Source of the DNA: Planctomycetota bacterium
Lineage (GTDB): Bacteria; Planctomycetota; PLA2; JAEUHO01
Direction of reading: 5' to 3'
DNA length: 64,000 bases
NCBI GenBank assembly: GCA_965222115.1
Contig: CBDCTJ010000007.1
Span: 1,472,001-1,536,000, forward strand
The notes under the pieces are model-generated. The model was not told the DNA's origin. It worked only from the letters and a program-made list of their open reading frames with translations, and searched no databases. Shown here one piece after another: positions 1-10,900 of the stretch (within the stretch, counting starts at the first letter, position 1; each line of letters begins with the position of its first letter). Both the position numbers and the translations under genes were made by a program.

Positions 1-464
1 GGGTCATAACACGTTCCGGCGTTCGCGGGAATGAAGAAGATCGACTTGATGTCTTCAAACGATAGATCTACTGCGCCGAGCGCTCGGGTGGTAAGTCGAA
101 CACCGTCTTCAGCCGGCGCGACCGCGGTACCAACCAGGGTCTCTCCCGCAACCAGTGCGACGCGAATGTGCTTGCCCTCAGGTGAGGTGATGGAGCGCTT
201 CGTGAAGCGAAGTCCCAGCAATGCATCGGGCTTGACGGTGGAGGGTGCCCGGGACGCATTGCCACTCCGCACGGTGAGCGCACCTTCCGCCAAGCCACCA
301 AAGATGCCCTTTACCGCGGGTTGGCCCACGCGGTCCACCTGGATGGGATGGGCGCCGATGGCATCCGGTTCAGGCCACGCCGGTCGTACGGGGCTCACGA
401 GGGGGAGCACGAGTACGACCGCCGCCAAGAGCGAAATTCTCAATAAGGATGTGGGGATTCGCAT
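1..464 (-). CDS. Exported hypothetical protein, 5' part (runs off the left edge of the window)
   Basis: Manual translation from the ATG at 464 gives MRIPTSLLRISLLAAVVLVLPLVSPVRPAW..., open to position 1 with a signal-peptide-like N-terminus. It is absent from the ORF track because no stop falls inside the window. Confidence 0.7.
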   Translation of the reverse strand, partial: MRIPTSLLRISLLAAVVLVLPLVSPVRPAWPEPDAIGAHPIQVDRVGQPAVKGIFGGLAEGALTVRSGNASRAPSTVKPDALLGLRFTKRSITSPEGKHIRVALVAGETLVGTAVAPAEDGVRLTTRALGAVDLSFEDIKSIFFIPANAGTCYD

Positions 465-747
465 AGCGCCATGATCGAGACGTGGGCACCCTCCGTCAAC
501 GGGCGAATCGTTTGCGTTGCGTGGTACGGGGTGGGCGGCGGCTTGTTTCCGTCCTGAGTCGGAGTAGCTTGTTGACCGCGCCGCGGCGTCCCGCTGCGCC
601 CGTTTCGGCCAGGTTTCTGGCCATGAGGTTCCAATGTCCGAGTGGTCTTGTCAGGGGAGGCGATGCGTCAGCGACATGAAGCAGCAGCGAACCTCCGTCG
701 GATGCCCTAGGTTTGCTGGCCCGAGTTATCCGGCATGTGGGCACGTT

Positions 748-802
748 GGATGTGGGCAACCCGGATGTTGGCAACCCGGATGTTGGCAACCTGGATGTGG
801 GC
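748..802 (+). repeat. 15-bp tandem repeat (GGATGT[G/T]GGCAACC[C/T]), about 3.7 copies, upstream of the PP2C gene
   Basis: Units at 748-762, 763-777, 778-792 and a partial unit at 793-802, read directly. Confidence 0.9.
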
Positions 803-833
803 TCCTGGGCAGAGAGTCGCGTGCGGAGCGGGT

Positions 834-1688
834 ATGAGTGGCTTGTCAGGCGACGGCACCCCCTATCAGCTCCTGTGGTTTGGCCGCACGTCGGTCGGCT
901 GCAAGCGGCGCAACAATGAAGACGCCCTTGTGGGCCTCGCATTGCAGGAACCGCTGGCTGATTTCGATTCCGAGGGCGCCGCGCAATCCAAGACCGAGGG
1001 CAGCGCTTCGTTGAGCACCGACAGCGCCCTATTGGCCGTTGCCGATGGAATGGGCGGTGCCAAGGCCGGCGAAGTGGCGAGTCAAATGGCCGTTCGAATC
1101 GTTGCCGGTGGCATACACGAGGCCGCCGGTAAGCACTCGATTGACAACTCCGACGAGGCCATGTCGCACTTTGATAAGACCGTCAAGGACGCCAATGACG
1201 CGATTCGCAAGGACGGCCGTGCCAATCCGTCGAGGCGGGGCATGGGCACGACACTTACTGCTGCGTGGTTGCATGGCGATTGGGTTCAGATTGCCCAGGT
1301 CGGCGACAGTCGTGCGTATCGCTTTCGAGGGGGCGACCTCAAGGCGCTGACGAAAGATCAAAGCCTGGTCGCCAAATTGCTCGAAGACGAGATCATCACG
1401 GAAGCGGAAGCCGAGAATATGTCGGGCCGCAACATCATTTTGCAGGCACTTGGCAGCGAGGATGAACTCGACGTCGTACCCTCCACATTTGACGTCCAGG
1501 ATCGCGATTTGCTCTTGCTGTGTACTGATGGATTGACCACGGTGCTCCGCGACGAGGAAGTCGTGACGATCCTCAAGATGGGTGGCTCGCTCCAGGATCT
1601 CTGTGACGAACTCATCCGTCAGGCCGAGGCGGGCGGCGGCCCCGACAACATCACCGTGATTTTGGCCCGCATTCAGAAGACCGGTTAA
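834..1688 (+). CDS. PP2C/PPM-family Ser/Thr protein phosphatase (Stp1/PrpC-like)
   Basis: Motifs RRNNED, AVADGMGG, GMGTT, VGDSRAY, LTKDQS, LCTDGL, GGPDNIT. The ORF track's 735 start only adds the repeat region, so the ATG at 834 is preferred. Confidence 0.93.
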   Translation: MSGLSGDGTPYQLLWFGRTSVGCKRRNNEDALVGLALQEPLADFDSEGAAQSKTEGSASLSTDSALLAVADGMGGAKAGEVASQMAVRIVAGGIHEAAGKHSIDNSDEAMSHFDKTVKDANDAIRKDGRANPSRRGMGTTLTAAWLHGDWVQIAQVGDSRAYRFRGGDLKALTKDQSLVAKLLEDEIITEAEAENMSGRNIILQALGSEDELDVVPSTFDVQDRDLLLLCTDGLTTVLRDEEVVTILKMGGSLQDLCDELIRQAEAGGGPDNITVILARIQKTG

Positions 1689-1955
1689 TTCGCGATTCAA
1701 GAGGCGCCGATAGAGGAAACGCCGGACTCTTGCTCGCTTTTTGCCGAACACCTATGCTCGGGATTCGTAAGAATGGAGCAGTGCGTCGTCGTTCGCTTGC
1801 GGCGTGACTGCCCTGTGGTGGGACGATCGGTGCCCTGACGGCGCATGGCCGGCAAAGCCTGGCCTCCGCCCGTCCCCGCCGAGAGGCGAAGAGGAACAAC
1901 GATTCGACCAATTTTCCGGCGCGTGGCAGCTCTCTGAGGAGATTCTGAAACCGCC

Positions 1956-2648
1956 GTGGAACTTCGGGAGGTGCCAGCGGGTCTAAACGTGGCAGATACC
2001 AACCAGATCCAGGATTCGGGTTCACCCGCCTTGGGCGCGGGAGGCGACGCCGACCCAGACCGCGATGCGTTGCAAGCGATTCGCGCGGGCCGGGAAGATG
2101 CCTTCAGCCTCCTCGTCAGCCGTCACCAAGACCGCGTCTATGCCCTGTGTATGCGCATCTTGAACCGGCGTGAGGACGCGGCCGATGCGGCGCAAGAGAC
2201 GTTTGTCAAAGCGTGGCGTGCGGTGGGCTCGTTTCACGGAGATTGTCGATTTTCCACATGGCTTACCCGCATCGCCATCAACCAGTGCCGCAACGAGTTG
2301 CGCAAGCGCAAGACCGTGAAACATACCCAACCCGAATCCCTATCGCAGCCCGTGGGCGACAGCGACACACCGCGCGCATCGCTGGTGGCCGATCCTCATC
2401 AGTCCTCGTCAGTCGAACGCATGGTGAGCGACGAAGTGAAGCGTGCGTACACGCGCGTATTGGAGCAACTCGAACCCGAGGCGCGCGAAGTGTTGATTCT
2501 CAAGGAAGTCGAGTCCCTGTCGTACGAAGGCATGGCGGAGATCTTGGAAGTGCCCATCGGCACGGTGCGCAGCCGGTTGCATCGTGCGCGTCACGCCGTG
2601 CGCGTAGGCATGCAGAGCCTTGTGGGGCCGCTATGGCTGGGCAGTTGA
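1956..2648 (+). CDS. ECF (sigma-70 group 4) RNA polymerase sigma factor
   Basis: Sigma2 (DAADAAQETFVKAW, FSTWLTRIAIN) and sigma4 HTH (LSYEGMAEILEVPIGTVRSRLHRAR). Start uncertain (1956 or about 1990). Confidence 0.93.
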   Translation: MELREVPAGLNVADTNQIQDSGSPALGAGGDADPDRDALQAIRAGREDAFSLLVSRHQDRVYALCMRILNRREDAADAAQETFVKAWRAVGSFHGDCRFSTWLTRIAINQCRNELRKRKTVKHTQPESLSQPVGDSDTPRASLVADPHQSSSVERMVSDEVKRAYTRVLEQLEPEAREVLILKEVESLSYEGMAEILEVPIGTVRSRLHRARHAVRVGMQSLVGPLWLGS

Positions 2649-2745
2649 CGAAGCTGATGGCGACGAGTTTGATGCCGACGAGTTTGTTCCCGAGCCGTGC
2701 GTTGCTTCAATTGGCTTACGCGTCATTTGCGTGGAGGCGTTCATC

Positions 2746-5031
2746 GTGAGCGATTCTCCCTATGCACCGGTTCCTCCGGGAGGTGAACGAAACGCAAAGG
2801 ACGGCATGACGTCCGGTAGGCGCCCCCCCGTCGATGGCGACGAAGCCTTGCTCAACGAAATGCTCGACGGTCGTCTTGACGATGCAAGCGTACAACTAGT
2901 AAAGGCGCGTCTTGAACAGGAGCCTGCGCTTGCGTCCCTTTGGCGTGAACTCACGCGCGTTTCCGACGTCACGCGTCGCATGGCACCCACAGGCACCGAT
3001 CTCGACGCACCTGTGAATTTCGCAGATGGTGTGCGTGCACGGATTGCCAGTGAACCTGCGCGCAGCACAGCGCCTGCTACAACAATGAGTCAGGCCTCAT
3101 CAACCTCCGGCGTGCGTTCAGGGGATGGGCAATTCGCAACTGATCAAGCGGCGTCCGATCAAGTCCGGCAACCGCAATCGAATCAGCCTAAGTCTAATCA
3201 AACCACCTCCAAGCAACAGCAACCACGGGCGCTACGATTCCTTACGCTTGCCTATGTGGCGGCGGCCCTGCTCATGGTGGGGTGGACACTACATTGGGCA
3301 TTTATCGCCAATGACGGCGACAACAATCAAAGTCGCCAAGTGGCTGATTCAAGCCGTGTAGCCGAATCAATTCAGGCGGACGAGACGTCCAATCCGGAAG
3401 CCATGAAGGCCAGCGGAACCCCAAAGGCTTCCAAGGGCATGAAGGACTCCGAAGGATTGAACGCGCGTCGCTCAGAAATGGATTTAGGCGATACGGCGTC
3501 CAGCGATTCCAAGTCAGGGCCTGCGGAACTTCGCAAGTCCAAAAAGGAGCGCCTCCATCACGAGGATTTTGAAGATGCGTTTGCCGATCCCGCAGACGCG
3601 AAAGCGAGTTATGAGAGTGCGAAGCCCAGTCGAAGCGGTGAAGATGGCGTCGCCGCCAGCCCTGTTCCTAGAACGGGCGCATCCGGTATGGGCGGCGTGG
3701 GTGCGGGCGTAAAGAAACTCGAAGGCCTTGATCAGTTGGAAAGCAAAGACGGTAGGCCCCGACGTCGTATGCTTGCGAGGGCAGAGGAACAGCCCGCACC
3801 CGGTGCCTCGTCGAGTGCACCCGATGCACCCAAGTCCGATTCGGTCGCAACGCTGGATGATGTTCAAAACGAGATCGAAGCTCGCGCGAAGCGAACGATG
3901 GCGAGCGCTGATAAGGGGCAACCACGGCCCGCGGGTTCACCAACCGAGTCCTCTTCGGGCACCGGCGCGGCGACGGGTTCAGCTACAGGCGCACCTGCCG
4001 CGACGGTAGATACAGAGTCGTCGTCCAAAGACACCAAATCCGCGGGTGCCAACTCGGAGAGTTACGGTTCCGAACGGGCCGGTCGAGTGCGCCGAGGCGA
4101 TGGAGGGTTGGAACGTCCGTCCGATGCACGTGATGAGGCGGATGACACGCCGTCAAACCGTCCAGCGCATGGCGCGGGTCGCGCGCGACGGAAACGAGCC
4201 GCGCGCGATCAAGGCGCGGGCGATAAAGGTCGCGAGGCGCCGCCTCCAGCTGTAGATGCACCATTCGCGCCCGCGGCGCCAAAGATTCCAGCGCCCAGGG
4301 CCGACGCGCCACCGGCAAAGAGTGCGCCGAATCAAGATCCATCAGTATTGGCACCTGCCACCGAGGCAGGCGCAGCACCCCCAAGAGCAGCGAGTAAGTC
4401 CAAGAAGGGCGGCGCATCGCTTCCTAAGGGTGCCGCACAACCCCAAGCGCGCGCGAGTAGTGGCTTTGCCAATACAAGGGCACCCGACACGGTTCACGTA
4501 TTTCTGTTGGAGGTAGACGATGTGCGCGCGGCACGCGCTGCGTTGCTCGCAATGAACGCGCTTGCGATGAAGAAGGCCGAACTGGAGCGCTTAGGGCGAG
4601 ACCGAGTGATTGCTGGGAATCCGTCTGTCGTTCCACCCGCCGCGGTGCCTTCGACGCCTGCGCCTCGCATTCGGCGTGGCGTATCGCTTGGTGATGTCGA
4701 TGTGAGCCCGCTGCGCGAAGCACCCTCTTCGACGGAACCTGTGCGTCGTGCGGCGCCCGCCTCCTCATGGAAACGTCGTGAGCGCCGCACGCTAAACCTT
4801 GACCTAGCGCCGCAAGCGCTGGCCACATTGAAGGCGGCCACACATACCGAGCGGGAACTGCCCGAGTTCGCACGTACGGCACGTGGAATGGTCCTGGAGC
4901 GCCGCATCAAAGACGCGCGTTTTGCTCGACGGACCAGCAAGAGCAAGGCCGCGTCTCCATCTCGAGCGCCGGGCGCGAATCGCGGCGGCGGTGTCTCGGT
5001 CCGCATCATCTTGGTTGGCCCCGAACCCTAG
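2746..5031 (+). CDS. Putative anti-sigma factor: N-terminal ASD-like helix, one TM segment, very long low-complexity C-terminal region
   Basis: Directly downstream of the ECF gene. LLNEMLDGRLD...ARLEQEP resembles an anti-sigma domain; TM FLTLAYVAAALLMVGWTLHWAFI. GTG start after a GGAGG RBS. Confidence 0.75.
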   Translation: MSDSPYAPVPPGGERNAKDGMTSGRRPPVDGDEALLNEMLDGRLDDASVQLVKARLEQEPALASLWRELTRVSDVTRRMAPTGTDLDAPVNFADGVRARIASEPARSTAPATTMSQASSTSGVRSGDGQFATDQAASDQVRQPQSNQPKSNQTTSKQQQPRALRFLTLAYVAAALLMVGWTLHWAFIANDGDNNQSRQVADSSRVAESIQADETSNPEAMKASGTPKASKGMKDSEGLNARRSEMDLGDTASSDSKSGPAELRKSKKERLHHEDFEDAFADPADAKASYESAKPSRSGEDGVAASPVPRTGASGMGGVGAGVKKLEGLDQLESKDGRPRRRMLARAEEQPAPGASSSAPDAPKSDSVATLDDVQNEIEARAKRTMASADKGQPRPAGSPTESSSGTGAATGSATGAPAATVDTESSSKDTKSAGANSESYGSERAGRVRRGDGGLERPSDARDEADDTPSNRPAHGAGRARRKRAARDQGAGDKGREAPPPAVDAPFAPAAPKIPAPRADAPPAKSAPNQDPSVLAPATEAGAAPPRAASKSKKGGASLPKGAAQPQARASSGFANTRAPDTVHVFLLEVDDVRAARAALLAMNALAMKKAELERLGRDRVIAGNPSVVPPAAVPSTPAPRIRRGVSLGDVDVSPLREAPSSTEPVRRAAPASSWKRRERRTLNLDLAPQALATLKAATHTERELPEFARTARGMVLERRIKDARFARRTSKSKAASPSRAPGANRGGGVSVRIILVGPEP

Positions 5032-5277
5032 GCTCTGTCTGAAAACTCCTCTACTACGCAATCCGATCCTCTCGCTGCGAGTCGCGTCCCTTCGAAATTG
5101 CCGTCCTCGACGTGAACAGACCACGCCTGCGGGCCAATTTCTTGGTCCACCGATTCTCGCATCGGTCTCCCGCGTTTATTGAAGAGACACGGGCTCGTCA
5201 CGAGGCTTTTCAGACAGAGCCTAATAGCTCGCATCGAGTTGTGTGGATTGCGCCCTATGGGCGGCTAAGTTGGCAAC

Positions 5278-5769
5278 ATGGCGGCCAACCCTTCATCGCT
5301 GCAATCACCGGCGTCGTTGTCGGTGGGGCCATTCCTTGTCGTGACCATCGTTTTGGCCGTCGCCGGCTGCTGGTTGGGGTACCGCTTGGGGCCGCGCGTT
5401 GGCAAACGCATCGAACACATGCTGGACGCACGCCCGCCCGCGCGACCCGCTTCGGTTGATGCCCTCTTACGCGTTGCGGAGTCGCGCGCGACTACGGGGT
5501 GGGACGAGGCTCTTGCTCGGATTCCGACCAGCAACCGCGACACCGCCGATGTTCGACTTGCGCGCTACCTCCACACGCTCAAATCTTCCGCCGTTCCACC
5601 GCCTGAATCGTTGGGCACCAGACCACAGATGGCGCAAGCGATGGCCGCATGGGTTCGAGTGTCGACGGACGAGTCGCTAGCGAAAAAACGACGACACGCC
5701 TTTGCCAAACGCTTTCCAAACTCCTGGTTGACCCGCGCGTGGCAGGTCTCGGGCAAACTGGGGCCGTGA
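5278..5769 (+). CDS. Hypothetical membrane-anchored protein
   Basis: Hydrophobic segment PFLVVTIVLAVAGCWLGY; its stop overlaps the recG start (GTGA). Confidence 0.65.
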   Translation: MAANPSSLQSPASLSVGPFLVVTIVLAVAGCWLGYRLGPRVGKRIEHMLDARPPARPASVDALLRVAESRATTGWDEALARIPTSNRDTADVRLARYLHTLKSSAVPPPESLGTRPQMAQAMAAWVRVSTDESLAKKRRHAFAKRFPNSWLTRAWQVSGKLGP

Positions 5770-7772
5770 CCCTTGCCGACGCCGCCCTCAAAGTTGCTGA
5801 TCCCGTTAGTCGCATTCTCGGTGTGACACGTCCACGGGCCGAGGCGTTGGCGCGTATGAACATTCATACCGTCTCGGATCTCCTACGCCTTGCGCCGCGG
5901 CGGTACGAAGATCGACGTGTTGCAACGGCCACGTCCGATCTCGTCGCTGGAGTCCCCGCGCTCGTTGTAGGAACCATAGATGCATCCCGTGTCGTTCGCG
6001 CGCGAGGGGGCCTACGCATTTTGGAAGCCCGCGTTCGCGATGAAACCGGGTCGGTGATGGCGAACTGGTTTCAGCGAGGCTACACCCCCAAAGCGCTTCG
6101 CATCGGCGCGCGCATGGCGCTCTTCGGTTCCGCGAAGTCCAAGGGTCACGAAATGGCTTTCGCGAGCCCGGAACGCGAAATGCTCGACGGCTGGACCGAC
6201 GCACTCGATCAACATCCCGGACTCTTTCGCCTTGTACCGGTGCACCCCGCAACACGCGGCATTACGCCGCGCACCTTGCGCATGTTTGTGTGGCGCGCAC
6301 TCGAAGCGATCGATACCGTGCCCGATCGCATTCCGGTGGCAACGCGTGAACGGGCGTCGTTACCGCGCGTCGGTGAGGCACTGCGGGACGTGCATTTTCC
6401 CGATTCGGAAGACGCCGCCGAGGCAGCGCGCGGGCGATTGGCGCTCGATGAACTTTACGCCCATGAATGTCGCCTTCGTGAAATCCGGGCACGACGCGCC
6501 ATGCGCCGAGGCATCGCCGTTCGTATGCCCGACGAAGTCCATGAACGCATCCGGGCTCGATTGCCGTTTTCGCTCACCCCCGGCCAGCAGGAAGCGGTGG
6601 ACGAGATTGCACGCGACTTGGCGAGCGCGTCCCCCATGCGACGCTTGCTACAAGGCGACGTGGGCAGCGGAAAGACGGCCGTCGCGGCCTATGCCATGTT
6701 GGGCGTTGTCGCCGCAGGATGGCAAGTCGTGTGCATGGCCCCAACCGAGATCCTGGCGCGCCAACACGTTGCAACCTTTCGGGAACTCTTGAAGGGAAGT
6801 CGCGTTCGCATCGGCTATGTCGGACGAGGAATTCGAACGACCACGCGTAGGCGTCTGGAAGAGGAGGTTCGTGCGGGCGTGTTGCAGTTGTTGATTGGCA
6901 CCCATGCCGTCATGAACGACGCGTTGCGTTTCAAGCGACTCGGTCTTGTCGTGGTGGATGAGCAACACAAGTTTGGCGTCCACCAACGTCACAAGCTTTC
7001 ACTCAAAGGATCGCCCAGTGATCCTCCGCCGCACATGTTGGTGATGAGTGCCACACCCATTCCCCGCACCCTTGCTATGACGACCTACGGCGATCTCGAC
7101 GTGAGTGTGATTCGCGGACGCATTCCCGGTCGCCAATCGGTTGAAACCACGGTTGTGACCGAGGCGAATCGCGATCAGGCATTTCGTTGGGTTCGCGCAG
7201 CCCTTGCCAAGAACGAGCAACTCTACGTCGTGTATCCGTTGGTCGAAGAAAGCAAGTCCATGCCGTTGCGCGACGCGCAAGCCGCACACGCGCGTTGGAC
7301 AAAGGCGTTTCCTTTGGCTTCGGTCGGGTTGCTTCACGGAAGACTCAAGAAGGACGAGAAGGCCGACGTGATCGCCCGCTTTCGCGAGGGGACCATTCAA
7401 GTATTGGTGTCAACGGTCGTAGTGGAAGTGGGCGTGGATGTACCCGAAGCCACCATGATGCTGGTGGAACACGCAGAGCGCTTTGGGCTATCGCAATTGC
7501 ACCAGTTGCGAGGTCGCATTGGCCGCGGAAGCAAACGCGGGCGCTGCTTACTCTTCGATCGCAGCAAGCGCGGGGAAACGGCGCGACTCCAGATTCTCGC
7601 CGATACGCACGATGGCTTTGTGGTTGCCGAAGAAGATCTCAAACAACGCGGGGTGGGGGACGTGCTGGGGACGCGGCAACATGGACAACCGCTCTTCCAT
7701 GCCGCCCGCTTGCCGCGCGATCTCCACCTGCTTGAGCAGGCGCGCACGTTGGCACAAACATCCAGGTCGTGA
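5766..7772 (+). CDS. recG: ATP-dependent DNA helicase RecG
   Basis: LLQGDVGSGKT, MAPTEILA, VVDEQHKFGV, MSATPIPRTL, HAERFGLSQLHQLRGRIGRG; N-terminal wedge region. Confidence 0.97.
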   Translation: MTLADAALKVADPVSRILGVTRPRAEALARMNIHTVSDLLRLAPRRYEDRRVATATSDLVAGVPALVVGTIDASRVVRARGGLRILEARVRDETGSVMANWFQRGYTPKALRIGARMALFGSAKSKGHEMAFASPEREMLDGWTDALDQHPGLFRLVPVHPATRGITPRTLRMFVWRALEAIDTVPDRIPVATRERASLPRVGEALRDVHFPDSEDAAEAARGRLALDELYAHECRLREIRARRAMRRGIAVRMPDEVHERIRARLPFSLTPGQQEAVDEIARDLASASPMRRLLQGDVGSGKTAVAAYAMLGVVAAGWQVVCMAPTEILARQHVATFRELLKGSRVRIGYVGRGIRTTTRRRLEEEVRAGVLQLLIGTHAVMNDALRFKRLGLVVVDEQHKFGVHQRHKLSLKGSPSDPPPHMLVMSATPIPRTLAMTTYGDLDVSVIRGRIPGRQSVETTVVTEANRDQAFRWVRAALAKNEQLYVVYPLVEESKSMPLRDAQAAHARWTKAFPLASVGLLHGRLKKDEKADVIARFREGTIQVLVSTVVVEVGVDVPEATMMLVEHAERFGLSQLHQLRGRIGRGSKRGRCLLFDRSKRGETARLQILADTHDGFVVAEEDLKQRGVGDVLGTRQHGQPLFHAARLPRDLHLLEQARTLAQTSRS

Positions 7773-7918
7773 GCGACTCGCGGATGCGAAAAGAGGGCGA
7801 ACGAAGTGCCTCTTGATCTCCGCACCGCGCTGAAATGACCGCGGGATGACCTGCCCGCGTGATGCTTGCGGGGTGCGCTCGATCCGTGGCGCCCGTACTT
7901 TGGCTCGGGGGTTATCCC

Positions 7919-10900
7919 ATGGACCGCGAACATTACAGGCCGCTTGTGCAGGCACACGCGCCGCGCCGCAAGGTGGCATCCGTGCGAATCGTATTGGCAT
8001 GCCTACTCGCCGCCGGCTTGACGCTACCCACACTCGCCACGAGTGACATGGCGTGGGCAGGCGAACGCGGGAAGAAGCGCCGCGACAAGTTTGACTTCGA
8101 TGATCCGGAAGATGCCGGGTCCACGACGCCCGGCGGCACGCGTAAGCGAGACGGAGATCGGCGACGGTCCGGTCGTTCCGCCGAAGATCAGATTCTCGAA
8201 GAGTTGGGTCGTTTGAAGAGTTGGCCCAATAAGGCGGGCACGCGTGCAGCCGAGAGTCTCTATCTGCGCGGCCCCTCGGTCATTCCCCACCTCGTGCGGG
8301 TGTTGGACGACGCCGAAACTCGCCTCAAGAACTTTCCCCTTCAACCCGGTGCTGCTTGGGTGTTGGGCAAGGTGGGCGAAGAAGTACATGTACAGGTGAT
8401 TTTGCGTGCCGCCGCGCGTCGCCCCAATGCAAGCAAGGCGGAGGCGTTCTTTCGATCCGCCTATGGCCTTAGCGCCAAAGAAACCAAGCGCTGGTTGATT
8501 GGTTTTCTTGCGCTTGCCAATCGCCCCGTCTTTCGCAAGTCGGCCATTGACTTTCTCGAAAGTCGCGTGACGCCCATGGACCAGCCGCGCATTTTGGACT
8601 TGCTGGAGAGTACGCAAGCGCCGGTTCGTGCTGCGGGGCTTTCGCTTATGAAGCCCTCCGGTGTGCCCGATGCGGACGATCGATTGATTCAGGCCTTGGG
8701 CGATCTTTCCCCCGATGTGGCCTACAAGGCTGCACGTGAGTTGGCGGAGGACAAAGATCCCCGGTTGCATGTGCGTCTCAATCGATTGGCACGCGAAGGG
8801 GGGCCGCGCGAGCGCGCCTATGCGTGCATCGCGCTCGTGGAACGCGCTCGGGCCACGCAAAGCGATCCGTTTGAAGATGCGACGATTGCCACCATGAGTG
8901 GTCGGCGTGGGTTGTTGCACCCCGAAAAGCGCAATCGCGCCGCGGCGGCGATTTCATTGGCCTACGGTGCGATGGACACCACCGATCCCGCAATTGGCGC
9001 CCTGTTGGATCAGACCGTGGTCGAAGTGCTGATTGATGCGGTGAGTGGTAAACACTACCGCGACTTTTCAAGCCTGAGTCCCAACGTATTCGCGGCCCTG
9101 CGACGTCTATCGGGCGAGGACTTGCCCGAGACGGCGGTTGACTGGGCGCGTTGGTGGCGCAATTCCCGCGCCACGTTCCAAGCGCGCAAGCCCCTGCGTG
9201 AACTCGCCGCAGCCGACATGGCGCGGTCCTATGTTGAGTTTGATGTGGTGGAAGCGAGTGGCGTTCGACGTGTCGTGTCGTTTGTTCCCGAGGAAGGCGA
9301 GACGCGCAAAGACGGCTTTTTTGTACGCACAAAGGCGTTTCGTCAGTTGGTTGAGTTTCTGGAGGGCATGGGCATTTTCGAGGCGCGCCCGCCTCGCGCC
9401 ATGGCACGCGGCCAGCGCGTGACCGCCACCCTCGGTGTGCTCAATCAGCGTCGTCAGCTCACGGTGGCCAAGCGTCTCCCGAATGGACACGTCAATCCCG
9501 ACTACGAGCGATTGCGACTGCGTGTCGAGTCATTGATCGACACAAACCTTTGGCAACGCTATCGCGATGCCGAGAAGTGGGCCGACGCCAAGACGTGGTG
9601 GACGCGTAACGAGCCGTTGATCGCCAATGCGACGCCCGAAGAACGCGACTCCATGTTGCAGGCAGCCATCGTGCACGCCTACGACGACTTACCCAGCGAT
9701 GCCGACCGAGCCGACGCGTTGATGCGTCTGCGCCGGATTGAACAGCGACTCAGCGACAATGAAGCGGTCGCCCTGGCGGAACACTTGGCTGCATCGCCGG
9801 CATTTGGCGCGAGCGAAGCCGATGCGTTGCGCTGGTTGTTGGATCAGAATCATCAGCGCGCACGACTGGCGCTTATGACCGGGCTTGCCAAGCGGCCTGA
9901 GCCCATGGCTCGCGCAATTTTGTCGGAGCTGTTTACCGACGCGGGACTCGATGGCGTACGAGAGGGTTTTCGCGATACGCGACCAGAGATTCGTGAAGCG
10001 GCGGCGGAGAGTGCGCGGCTAATCATTGAGCGCGGACGCGCCCGCAATTGGACAGCCGACGAGCAGGAAGCGGTTGAGCTCAAACTGCGTCCCGGTCTCG
10101 AGGTGCTGGCGGGCGACAAGGAGCCGCGCGTGGCCGTGAAGGCCCTCATGGCGCTTGCCTTCTTGGGCGACGCCGACACCGTGGATCGACTAAAGAAGCT
10201 CTACAACGCGGGATCGACCGGTACGCGCCTCGACGTGGTGCGCGCCTTTGGTTATCTCCCCGGCAGCGTGGCCCATCCCTTCCTCACCAAGGTACTCGCC
10301 GATTCCCGAGGCGAACGCGACGGCACCATGCGCGCAGCGTCGCTCGAAGCCATGGCCCGCACCAATCACCCCAACTCCGCACGCATGTTGATGTTTTACT
10401 TGCTCAACGACCGAGATCGATTCGTACAAGACACGGCGGCCAAGATGCTCGCCAAGGATCGCTCGTCGGAAGCACGCGTCAAAGTGATCGAACAACTTGC
10501 ACGCGCGCCGCGTGATCCGGTGCGCCGCGCCCGACTGGTTCGTGTGCTGGGCCAATTTGAGGGCGACGGCGTTTCCACCCATCTCATGCGATTCTTGGGC
10601 GATCCGGATCGCTTCGTGAAGGCCGAAGCCGCCGTCGGCGCGGCGCGCCACAACCTTGCCGAGGCCGTGCCGTATTTGATTGAAGCCCTGCGTGCCACCG
10701 ACGGTCGCGTGCGCGATGAAGCTGTGCAAGCACTTCGCATCGTTACCAGCAAGACGTTTGATACCCGTGGGTATAGCGCGTTGGCAGAGCGCTACGATGC
10801 GTGGCGTAAAGATCATCGCGAGGGGACGCATGAATCATGGTTTGCCGAAGCGTTGGCCGCGCGCGGCTACGATGCCGCTCGACTCAAACGCTATGCGCGC

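Noticed and set aside
748-802. 15-bp repeat as a CRISPR array or as the PP2C N-terminus
   Set aside because: Too short and without spacers; phosphatase homology begins after the ATG at 834.
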